From: a virus
Lineage: Duplodnaviria > Caudoviricetes
Virus record (IMG/VR): IMGVR_UViG_3300010885_031309
Length of the DNA: 64,000 nucleotides
Strand: one strand, 5' to 3'
Numbering within the stretch: position 1 is the stretch's first letter; the number at the start of each line of letters is the position of its first letter. A program made the translations under genes and the position numbers. Below, piece by piece: positions 17,005 through 25,168 of this stretch. The notes under the pieces were generated by a model, which was given only the letters and a program-made list of their open reading frames with translations, was not told the origin of the DNA and ran no database searches.

Positions 17005-17345
17005 GATAAAATATCAGGGTCCTCCCCCTTGTTCTTTGAAGACAGCTATTTTTCGCTGTGGGAAGAACGTTCGTTGAACCACCAAAACCCTTTAATTTTT
17101 TGCCCGTTGATCTGTCAGGCGCAGTAGAGCCTTGCCTAAGGGCGGGAGCATCGGTTCCGAATCTATTGAGTACATCCATACTCTATTCGGCACTCCCCAC
17201 TAGTTTACCCACTGTGATCTTAGTATTGTCCGATCTTCAACAGTGCTTCGCCGTGAGCAGTAAAGGCTGTACTCACAATGTTACTAGTTATTTTAGACAG
17301 GTCTGTTGTTTGACCTGTGTTAGTCTATCTTTTTCATAGACCCAT
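17005..17345 (-). ncRNA. Candidate large structured non-coding RNA, family unknown
   Basis: GC-richer than its flanks, no convincing ORF, at least 7 nested or adjacent helices. The closing helix GGGAGUG/UGCUCCC needs G-U pairs that form only on the minus strand. Confidence 0.5.
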
Positions 17346-17363
17346 TATTTCACAGTAACAATC

Positions 17364-17609
17364 TTACAGTGAAAGTTTTTTTTCTATTATTATTACTGTT
17401 CCGTCCTTTTTTATAACTCTGATAAATGATTTGTCTTGTGGGCTAATTTTTTTAGCTTTAATCTTACTCTTTGGTTTTCCAGAGTAGGCATTTTCTGATT
17501 GCTTTTTTAGTTTTTTTGCTCGTCTCCAACGCAGAATATCTCTTCTATCACAGTGCATATCATTCTTTCTTTTCTGAAATGTATTTAAGTCTGTTTTTAT
17601 TGCTGGCAA
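17364..17609 (-). CDS. Small basic hypothetical protein
   Basis: 81-aa Lys/Arg-rich ORF overlapping the end of the resolvase gene; the true start may be the internal ATG (MHCDRR...). Confidence 0.45.
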   Translation of the reverse strand: MPAIKTDLNTFQKRKNDMHCDRRDILRWRRAKKLKKQSENAYSGKPKSKIKAKKISPQDKSFIRVIKKDGTVIIIEKKLSL

Positions 17610-18075
17610 AAAAAATATCCATGTCGCTTATTATCCATGCGTTGTAGTTTGGGCTAGTATAAACAGTATGATTTTTTAGATCCCAATCGTATTTTTTTTC
17701 TACTGCAATGAATTTTCCAACACGAGTTATTTTCATAAACAAACAATTGACACTGTTATCATCACCACTAGTTACTAGTTGATTTAGCCAGATCTCAAGT
17801 TGTTTGCACTCATTACTTAAAAGTAAATTAAAAGGAAACTTGGAATAAGACTTGCATTCACAATTAAGAAGATTGAAGCTTTCTGGTACAATAATGTCGC
17901 CTCTTGTATGACGAATTTGTTCCGCTGTCAGTGAAGATTTGCGACTAATATTTTTACCTCCAACATAAGAGCCACTACCACTTAAATTTCTTATAAATGA
18001 TTCATTGTATGTATTGGAAAGATACTTTGCTACTTCTCTTTCCCAACTTGACCCTTTTGTTTTTTGCTTGCTCAT
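17560..18075 (-). CDS. Holliday junction resolvase (Hjc-like PD-(D/E)xK)
   Basis: KTKGSSWEREVAKYL...SGS...GDIIVP...CECKSY; directly downstream of gp46. Confidence 0.75.
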   Translation of the reverse strand: MSKQKTKGSSWEREVAKYLSNTYNESFIRNLSGSGSYVGGKNISRKSSLTAEQIRHTRGDIIVPESFNLLNCECKSYSKFPFNLLLSNECKQLEIWLNQLVTSGDDNSVNCLFMKITRVGKFIAVEKKYDWDLKNHTVYTSPNYNAWIISDMDIFFASNKNRLKYISEKKE

Positions 18076-18114
18076 TGTGTTTACTTATTCCAGTAATGTG
18101 TGCTGGAAAAAAAA

Positions 18115-21100
18115 CTATTCTTCCAATTCCTTCAAACTTGTAAACCCATTTTCCTTTACTACTTTTACTGTGTTATTAACTCTGTTGGTCAACTCATCGC
18201 GATGACTTACTAGCCATACCGATTTGTTTCTATTTCTGCTAAAGTCTTTCAGTAGTGCAAGACCGTTCTCAATGCCCACGGTGTCCATGCCCGAGTCCAT
18301 TAGTTCATCAATAAACATTACATTAACTGATTGATAAAGATTTTCCCACACATCGCGAAATGCAAATGACAGTCCTAAAATAACTCTAGTGCGTTCACCT
18401 CTGCTAAGTGAGTCAAAATCTAGCTCTCGTCCAAGTTCTGTAATTTCAACACTTAAATCATTTTGAAATACCACGCGATGTGGTAATCCTATGCGATCCA
18501 AGTAATGCGACAGTCTGTTATTCAAATATGACAAATTCTGTTCAATGATTTTTTTGCGAACAAATGACTTTTTGTTAGTTAATAGATCCAACAAATAGTC
18601 TTGGTGTTGTAGTAATCGGGTCAGTCTGTTGATCTCACTAAAGTCAACTGTTTGTATAGCATTAGTTTGCATTTCTGCGATTTGTTCAGCATACGGATCT
18701 TCTTCACTGTGTTTCTTTTGTATTTGATCCAATAGTGTTTGTACGCGACTGCTGTGCTTAAATGCCGCCTCTTCAGTGTCATAGTGTGTTTTTGGCTGCG
18801 GACCCAATACTAGAGTGCTGTTCTCTAACAGTTGCTCAGCATATGGGTCAGTTTCGCTTAGCTTGTCTTCTATTTGCTTGCTGATACGATCTACTTCACT
18901 ACTGTGCTTAATAGCTTCAGCGTGTGTGTTGTAGTGTGTAGTGGGCTTATTGCCAACAATCACTTCGCTATTTACTAGCTTGTTCCATAATTCATGTGCT
19001 GCGGCATAGCCTTCATTTGTCTCTACTAGAAGTTTTCGTTTCTTCTCTAATACCTCGGTGTGCTTACTATCGTGAAACTCTTGTCCACACGCATAGCAAC
19101 GATGCTGTTCTAGCTCATGTACTTCTTCTTGTAGCTTTTGTGCTGACTTAGCTAGCTTTTCGCCGTCGCTCTTTGCTCGTTGTAATTCTTTAGCCCAGAT
19201 TTCACGCTCAGATACTTTTGTATTGTGAATTGCTAGTTCAGAGTGTGCTGATAATTCGGCAGCAATATCAATTTTGGTAAGCTTAGTCAAGCTACTCTGT
19301 AGAGCGGCCACTTCTTTGTCTAGCTTTTGTCTCCATGCAGTCTGTCTAGCCAAAACGGCATCATAGCGATCAAGCTTTTCTTTGTTAGAGTTCCATACGG
19401 CCAAATCTTTGTGTGCCGCTAATTCGGCGCCAATATCCACAAGTTGCAATTGGTCGTATTCTGTTACTAACTTAAGCAAGTCTTCGTCTCGCTTGGCAAT
19501 CCATAGACGCTGACGCTTCTTTAGACTGTCAATCTGTTCAGTAATACGCTTGTTTGCCGCCTCAACTCCATTTACACGAAACTCTTCTCGCTGAATGTCT
19601 TCTTTTGTAGTCTTGTTTAGTTCTTTGATAGCATCTGCTTTTTCGCTTAGCAGAGTGATTCCAAGTAGTTGTTCAATGATCGTGCGTTGATCACTGACAC
19701 GCATACTTAGAAACGGTGTAGTGTAGCTATTGAGACCAACAATATGTTGAAACATATCACTGGACATACCCAGAATACGCTCAATTGCTTGTTGAGTTTC
19801 TTTGTTTTCACCCTGTGCGTCATTGTCATCACTTGATTGTTGTTTGTTATTGACATAGAACTTTAGCACATTTGGTTTACGACCACGAACAATCTGATAA
19901 TCATTATCATTAACAGTGAATTCAACAACGGCATGCATTTGTTTGCCATTTGTTCTATTAATCAAATTGTCTTTCTTAATTTGATTAATAGGGCTACCGA
20001 ATAGTGCATAGCTTAGACCCTGCAATATAGTGGTATTGTGAGTTACTACATAATTATCAGTGACATATAAATGATCTTTGTGATCTATAGCAATACATTG
20101 ACATTCGGAGTTGTCAATTTTTTGAATATCAGATATTTGTAGACGAAGTTGATCAGCATATTGATAATCTGCGCTTATCCTGTCAAGTTTTCTTGACAAC
20201 GAAAATAATTTTTTTGGATTATGATAGCGAATTAAAACTATATATGCTTTTTTACCTTCTTTTTTCTCATTCAAATAAGTAAAGCGTGGTATTTTTTCTC
20301 TTATTCTGGCAATTCCACCGATACTACGAATTAAGTCGGTTACATCCATGGCAAGTTGCTTGCTACTAGAAGAAAAAGATATAGATCCGGTTCTGTCAAC
20401 GGTGCCGTCTGTATCTAATAATCCACGAAGCAATTCTAATTTTTGAGAAACGCTAATATTTTTGTAAATTTCTGGTATAAATTTTTCTTCGCTGTTTACA
20501 TTTAATTTTAAATCAATAAGACGCGACCTTAATGGGTGAGTAATTTTTTTGGGATTATTTTTTCTGTGATTCATCACAACTCTATATGAAATTTTAGGAC
20601 GAGTTGTTGACTGTGATTGTCTCAATGAGCAATCAATTAATTGTAGTTCATCGTTTACTCGTGTGAGTATTTCTTGATCCACAGATGTTATACCAACAGA
20701 TGATTTTAAATGTCCGTCTCCGAGTAACGCTCCCAAAGTATAACAAGAAATAGGAACAGATACATTCTCTGTATCTCTAGGAGTATACAGAGGGACATAC
20801 AAAAAGTTAAACGCCTTTTTCTTTTGAGAATTTACATTTAGTAGTTCAATCAGTTCAAGTGTTGTCAGAATTCTTGTATGATTGATATCTGTTTTATTGC
20901 GAAACAGATGACTGTATACATTCCATAAATGATCTTCGCTTGCCTCACATGTACGACCGTCTCTGAATGTAAATTTGTAAACGGATTTAATTCCTTGTGG
21001 ATATACTCCAATCACTTTGGCTAATGAGCCATCATGAGCAATAACGCTATCTCCAACACTGATATCTCGCATAAGAGTCCATCCGTGAGGAGTTAATATA

Positions 21101-21273
21101 TTACTAGTTAGTGGTTGTGCTTTGCCAGTACCATTCCTTGAGCCATCACCGCCCAAATCTAAGTTTTCGCCTAGAATCAGTGTAAGATCCTTGCGATCAA
21201 AATTTATTTCCTGTTCTACATTTCCAATGCTTAGAAAATTTTTAAGTCGCAGTGTTTTTAGTTTTATACTCAT
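18115..21273 (-). CDS. gp46: Recombination ATPase gp46/SbcC/Rad50 precursor with intein; spliced product ~690 aa
   Basis: LKNFLSIGN, Walker A NGTGK|T, Q-loop region, zinc hook CYAC, signature LSRGE, Walker B MFIDE, H-loop VSH. Confidence 0.95.
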   Translation of the reverse strand: MSIKLKTLRLKNFLSIGNVEQEINFDRKDLTLILGENLDLGGDGSRNGTGKAQPLTSNILTPHGWTLMRDISVGDSVIAHDGSLAKVIGVYPQGIKSVYKFTFRDGRTCEASEDHLWNVYSHLFRNKTDINHTRILTTLELIELLNVNSQKKKAFNFLYVPLYTPRDTENVSVPISCYTLGALLGDGHLKSSVGITSVDQEILTRVNDELQLIDCSLRQSQSTTRPKISYRVVMNHRKNNPKKITHPLRSRLIDLKLNVNSEEKFIPEIYKNISVSQKLELLRGLLDTDGTVDRTGSISFSSSSKQLAMDVTDLIRSIGGIARIREKIPRFTYLNEKKEGKKAYIVLIRYHNPKKLFSLSRKLDRISADYQYADQLRLQISDIQKIDNSECQCIAIDHKDHLYVTDNYVVTHNTTILQGLSYALFGSPINQIKKDNLINRTNGKQMHAVVEFTVNDNDYQIVRGRKPNVLKFYVNNKQQSSDDNDAQGENKETQQAIERILGMSSDMFQHIVGLNSYTTPFLSMRVSDQRTIIEQLLGITLLSEKADAIKELNKTTKEDIQREEFRVNGVEAANKRITEQIDSLKKRQRLWIAKRDEDLLKLVTEYDQLQLVDIGAELAAHKDLAVWNSNKEKLDRYDAVLARQTAWRQKLDKEVAALQSSLTKLTKIDIAAELSAHSELAIHNTKVSEREIWAKELQRAKSDGEKLAKSAQKLQEEVHELEQHRCYACGQEFHDSKHTEVLEKKRKLLVETNEGYAAAHELWNKLVNSEVIVGNKPTTHYNTHAEAIKHSSEVDRISKQIEDKLSETDPYAEQLLENSTLVLGPQPKTHYDTEEAAFKHSSRVQTLLDQIQKKHSEEDPYAEQIAEMQTNAIQTVDFSEINRLTRLLQHQDYLLDLLTNKKSFVRKKIIEQNLSYLNNRLSHYLDRIGLPHRVVFQNDLSVEITELGRELDFDSLSRGERTRVILGLSFAFRDVWENLYQSVNVMFIDELMDSGMDTVGIENGLALLKDFSRNRNKSVWLVSHRDELTNRVNNTVKVVKENGFTSLKELEE
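20035..21120 (-). mobile_element. Class-3 (Ala1, W-C-T) intein with LAGLIDADG endonuclease in the gp46 Walker A motif (362 aa)
   Basis: Junctions GTGK|AQPLTS and VVTHN|TTIL. Trp in block B (EDHLW), Cys in block F (ECQCIAI), Thr in block G. LAGLIDADG motifs LGALLGDG and LRGLLDTDG. Confidence 0.9.
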
Positions 21274-22295
21274 AAATTTTTATAGATTTCTAGGAGAAGT
21301 CGTTTGTCAAATGCACCTTCAGATAATTGTTGTATTTGCTCTTGAATTATACTATCTACGGACTCAAACTTCATGTTTGAGTAGTCCGTATCATCTTGCT
21401 CAAGATCCACTTTAGACGGAATTAGTGACATTTCTCGTAGTTGATATTTTGGAAGTAATTGTTCGCGAATGAAATTACTTTCCTCATAGGTAATATCAAC
21501 ATCTAAATTAATTCGCACATGCATGTCTTTTTGTAGTAGAGTTTCATCAGTAAGAATTTCACTTAGCTTGTAGATGCGAAATCTTGGTTGATCGGGCCAA
21601 CTTAGAAATACGGGTTCAGACCCCCACTTTAATATCATCATACCGCGATCATCGTCATTTACATCGCTGTAGTTATGTGGAAATGTGTTTCCAATATAAG
21701 TTATATTTTTCCGAAACTGTCGCTTGTGAAAATGCCCACTAAAAACTTTCTCAAAGCCGGAAAGATGTTCCGATTGTAGTTCACCGTGATCTGGCATTTC
21801 AACCTGTGCGTTCATGTAAAAATGTGGAAGTTCAAAATGACCGAAAAGATACTTGCCTTCATATTTGCTGATCTGTTTCCAATCATCTTGTACTAACCAC
21901 GGAGCAATTACTACATCATCATAGTGTGCAAAATCATTAATGATTTTAACTCTAGACAGGTGTTTTGCCCATTCTACACTATGAACATCTCTGCGATCAC
22001 GATAGTAGAGATCGTGGTTTCCTGGTATAAAGTATACCTGAGAGAATGACTCGTTCAATCGTTCCAATGCTCTTAATCCAAACTGTAGAGTTTGTATATT
22101 AATGCTGGCACGATGATGATTCCAATCTCCCAAAAAGAAACAAACATCACAGTCGTGTTTTTTGGCCGTATCTATAAACCAATTAATATAATTGGTACAA
22201 TCCAAATTGTGTACTACACTGTTGCTCTTGAGGCCCCAGTGAATGTCCGTGCATACGGCCGCTTTATTAAATAATTTGCTCATCGCGTCAATCAT
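21270..22295 (-). CDS. gp47: Recombination nuclease gp47/SbcD/Mre11
   Basis: Metallophosphoesterase motifs TDIHWG, LGDWNH, PGNHD, GHFE and SGHFH. Start is likely ATG 22295 or 22283 rather than 22310. Confidence 0.93.
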   Translation of the reverse strand: MIDAMSKLFNKAAVCTDIHWGLKSNSVVHNLDCTNYINWFIDTAKKHDCDVCFFLGDWNHHRASINIQTLQFGLRALERLNESFSQVYFIPGNHDLYYRDRRDVHSVEWAKHLSRVKIINDFAHYDDVVIAPWLVQDDWKQISKYEGKYLFGHFELPHFYMNAQVEMPDHGELQSEHLSGFEKVFSGHFHKRQFRKNITYIGNTFPHNYSDVNDDDRGMMILKWGSEPVFLSWPDQPRFRIYKLSEILTDETLLQKDMHVRINLDVDITYEESNFIREQLLPKYQLREMSLIPSKVDLEQDDTDYSNMKFESVDSIIQEQIQQLSEGAFDKRLLLEIYKNL

Positions 22296-22343
22296 ACACG
22301 ATTGTAACATCTGAACACAATTTTTTTGGTTAGATACAATTAT

Positions 22344-22372
22344 TTGCAGCGCCGCTACCGCTAATATATACT
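22344..22372 (+). promoter_or_regulatory. Sigma70-like promoter giving a leaderless transcript of the nuclease gene
   Basis: TTGCAG-17 nt-TATACT, with ATG 22379 six nt after the -10 box. Confidence 0.55.
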
Positions 22373-22378
22373 ATTAGT

Positions 22379-24127
22379 ATGAAAGGGCTTTGCATGAATT
22401 TACTTGAGCTAAAAATTGCATATCTTGCTGGTGAGATATCTGCGGCAAAGATCACGCGAACAGTAGACAAATACGAGAGTGAACTAACTGCGTTGTATCC
22501 ACAGAATATTCCATTAGCTGGAAAGATGCATCTGTACTTGCATGATCTGGATATCAATCATGGCTGGTGCTCACTGTCACAGTCAGCTAAATCATTTAAG
22601 AGTCTAAATTTGGGATTTAGACAATTTTGCGGCAATGCAAATGTATGCAAGTGTAATGCAAATCAGATCAATGATTTTTGGAACACGCTCAGTAGCGAAA
22701 AAAAGGATAGCATAAACAGCACTAGAAAGCACACTGTATTGGCCAAGTATGGCGTTGATTCGGTCAGTCAACTGCAGGAGTCAAAGGACAAGGCAGAAAA
22801 AACATGTCTTCAGCGATATGGAGCAAAATCGCCAACTCAAAATAAAAATATTCTGAAAAAATCATCTTTGACCTGTCATAAAAATCATGGTGTAAACTGG
22901 CCTCAGCAAAACAAACAGATAGCAGAAAAAACAACAACAGCTTTCAACACAAAATACGGAATTGACAGACCAGCACAACATCCGCTGTTTAGAGAACGGA
23001 TGAATGTAACGACTATGCAGCGATTTGGTGTAGATAATATAATGAAATTGCCAGAATACACTCAGATGCACACTGAGCGCTTCAAACATTCTCATTTTGA
23101 TCAACTAGCAAGTTATCGTGGAAAAATACTGCCAGTGTTCAGTGTGTCTGAGTATGTTAGTAGCAATCCAGAAGATTTGTTACTGTGGCGCTGTACTACA
23201 TGTGAAACACAATTTTATGACACAGTGAAAAATACATGGCACGAAAAATGCCCACACTGTGATCCCAAACATCTAACTTGGGGTGAAGTAGTAATAAGTG
23301 ATTGGCTAACTCAGTCTGGTGTTTCTTTTGAAACTCATTGTAATAGTGTGATACGACCACTGCAACTTGATTTCTATATACCATCACATAATTTGGCCAT
23401 AGAGTTCAACGGTACCTACTGGCACAGTGAACTGGCCGGCAGAGATAAGCAATATCATATTAGCAAGCATAAAAAATGCCTAGAAGCAGGAGTAAAACTA
23501 ATACAAATTTTTGAACACGAATTGTTGGCCAATGAGCAAATAATTAAAAATAGACTAATGAATGCACTGGGAAAATTGTCAATCAAAATGCATGCTAGAA
23601 AGTTTAAAGTTGCTTCTATAACATTTTCTCAGGCTAAAGAATTTCTTGCTGCTAATCACATTCAAGGCAGCGTTGCTTCAAAATACAACTATGCTCTAGT
23701 TCAAAATGATGAAATATATAGTGTAATGACTTTCGGTAAATCCAGATTTAGTAAAAATGTAGCCGAGTGGGAATTATTGCGTTTTGCCACGCGACAACAT
23801 CACTCTATCGCAGGTGCAGCAAGTAAGCTGTTCAATCATTTTGTCAAAGAAAACTCACCACTAAGCGTAGTGTCCTATGCTGATCTCAAGTGGGGACAGG
23901 GACAAGTGTATGAAAATATGGGTTTTAGCTGGTCTCACAATAGTCAGCCAAATTACTGGTATTTTAAAAATATACACGAAATACATCATAGAACTAAATT
24001 TCAAAAACATAAATTACCCGCTGATTTGCATCATTTAGGTAGTGAATGGGACATTATGAAAAGTCAAGGATGGAACAGATTCTGGGACTGCGGCAATGCA
24101 GTGTGGATATGGAAAAAGGAAGCATAA
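22379..24127 (+). CDS. Second Hef-like putative homing endonuclease with GNAT/Mom-like C-terminal domain
   Basis: KYGVD repeats, zinc finger (CTTC...CPHC), nuclease motif LDFYIPSHNLAIEFNGTYWHS, then HIQG...WELLRFA...GAASKLF...VSYADLKWGQGQVY. Lies antisense between gp55 and gp47. Confidence 0.78.
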   Translation: MKGLCMNLLELKIAYLAGEISAAKITRTVDKYESELTALYPQNIPLAGKMHLYLHDLDINHGWCSLSQSAKSFKSLNLGFRQFCGNANVCKCNANQINDFWNTLSSEKKDSINSTRKHTVLAKYGVDSVSQLQESKDKAEKTCLQRYGAKSPTQNKNILKKSSLTCHKNHGVNWPQQNKQIAEKTTTAFNTKYGIDRPAQHPLFRERMNVTTMQRFGVDNIMKLPEYTQMHTERFKHSHFDQLASYRGKILPVFSVSEYVSSNPEDLLLWRCTTCETQFYDTVKNTWHEKCPHCDPKHLTWGEVVISDWLTQSGVSFETHCNSVIRPLQLDFYIPSHNLAIEFNGTYWHSELAGRDKQYHISKHKKCLEAGVKLIQIFEHELLANEQIIKNRLMNALGKLSIKMHARKFKVASITFSQAKEFLAANHIQGSVASKYNYALVQNDEIYSVMTFGKSRFSKNVAEWELLRFATRQHHSIAGAASKLFNHFVKENSPLSVVSYADLKWGQGQVYENMGFSWSHNSQPNYWYFKNIHEIHHRTKFQKHKLPADLHHLGSEWDIMKSQGWNRFWDCGNAVWIWKKEA

Positions 24128-24138
24128 GCTTCCTTTTT
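24113..24138. terminator. Bidirectional intrinsic terminator overlapping the nuclease stop codon
   Basis: aaaaaggaagc-ataa-gcttccttttt. Confidence 0.8.
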
Positions 24139-24169
24139 GATGGGTGATAGAGTACAAAAATTTATCGGA

Positions 24170-25051
24170 TTATTCTTCTGATGATCCGCTGTCACCAGAG
24201 AACTGTCTGCTCCAGCTAGGATTCAGTCCGTTCATTTCCAATATATCATCGCGAATATTTTGATTTCGTTTTTCTGAATTTAATACTCGTCTAAAACTGT
24301 TATTTATTGCGGCTGTATAATAAGCAAAGGGATTACTACTTTTTGATTCGTTGAACCGTAGCCCAACATATGTCAATTGTAGTATTGCACTGCCGCGCAT
24401 TTCGTCTACATAGGTGTACCCTCGCCAATTAAAACGCATAGCGTATTTTTCGCACAGCATTAGATACATCTTGGCTAACTTGTTGGTGATTTGTCCATGA
24501 TCTTTAGAGAATGATCCACTGACAAGATCTCCAGACCAATGTGATTTGCCAACGCAAATTAAATTGTCATTGTCGTCAAATTTGAAATGTTGAAATGGAG
24601 GGAAATTAACGCGAATATGAACCATGTCATTCATGCCCATTTCTTTTGCTAGATCTGGGTCTTCGAGATCGTCAAATATAACCGACTCGTCTTCTTCAAA
24701 TTCAAAAATCTCTTTGGCGCTTTTTGGTTTGACTGTTTTTCGTGGTTGTTTTGGAGCCACTGGAATATGGTCCCATGTCATAACTCTGAATATCAGATCG
24801 GTCTTTTTAATACTATTGATGTCTATTTTTTCTTTGTCTGCTCTTGCTTCAAGTGCTTGTTGAACAGTACTTGGGCGTGAAGTGTACTCAAGATTTTTTT
24901 TTAGACTGCTATTGTCTTCGTAATCAATGATGAAATCATAACGATCATAGTCAGACTCTTCGTATACACAAAAGGTATTTTTACTCAAGTGTATCTCTTT
25001 CAGAATATCTTTATTGTTTAAGTAATTTACTGGTTTTTTTATTGTGCTCAT
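24170..25051 (-). CDS. gp55: Late-transcription sigma factor (T4 gp55 family)
   Basis: NYLNNKDIL...YTYVDEM...FNESKSSNPFAYYTAAINNSFRRVLNSEK; lies next to gp47/gp46 as in T4. Confidence 0.82.
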   Translation of the reverse strand: MSTIKKPVNYLNNKDILKEIHLSKNTFCVYEESDYDRYDFIIDYEDNSSLKKNLEYTSRPSTVQQALEARADKEKIDINSIKKTDLIFRVMTWDHIPVAPKQPRKTVKPKSAKEIFEFEEDESVIFDDLEDPDLAKEMGMNDMVHIRVNFPPFQHFKFDDNDNLICVGKSHWSGDLVSGSFSKDHGQITNKLAKMYLMLCEKYAMRFNWRGYTYVDEMRGSAILQLTYVGLRFNESKSSNPFAYYTAAINNSFRRVLNSEKRNQNIRDDILEMNGLNPSWSRQFSGDSGSSEE

Positions 25052-25073
25052 TTTTTAAGTTATTAGTAGAGAT

Positions 25074-25101
25074 AGTGTATCACAAAAATAACGCTTGTCA
25101 A
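25074..25101 (-). promoter_or_regulatory. Sigma70 promoter for gp55
   Basis: TTGACA-16 nt-TACACT on the minus strand. Confidence 0.7.
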
Positions 25102-25129
25102 TATGCACTTATCTGAAAAAGTATCATAT

Positions 25130-25146
25130 TATTTATCGCATAAATA
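25130..25146. promoter_or_regulatory. Back-to-back late promoters (GATAAATA minus / CATAAATA plus)
   Basis: TATTTATC-G-CATAAATA. Confidence 0.65.
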
Positions 25147-25168
25147 TATGCAAGGGTAAATCAATATC

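Noticed and set aside
16560-17339. Short ORFs 16560-16760, 16877-17077, 16898-17179 and 17058-17339 as genes
   Set aside because: Mutually overlapping, no RBS or recognisable motifs, atypical composition; better explained as chance ORFs in a structured non-coding region.
17005-17345. Group I intron or RNase P RNA
   Set aside because: I could not find the group I P7/R-S core or the RNase P P4 signature (GAGGAAAGUCC), and no interrupted exon pair flanks it. Kept as an unclassified RNA candidate.
21270-22310. ORF-track starts at 22310, 27169, 51708 and 62620
   Set aside because: These upstream starts overlap promoter or terminator elements or the previous gene; downstream ATGs (22295/22283, 27175, 51723, 62695) fit the signals better.
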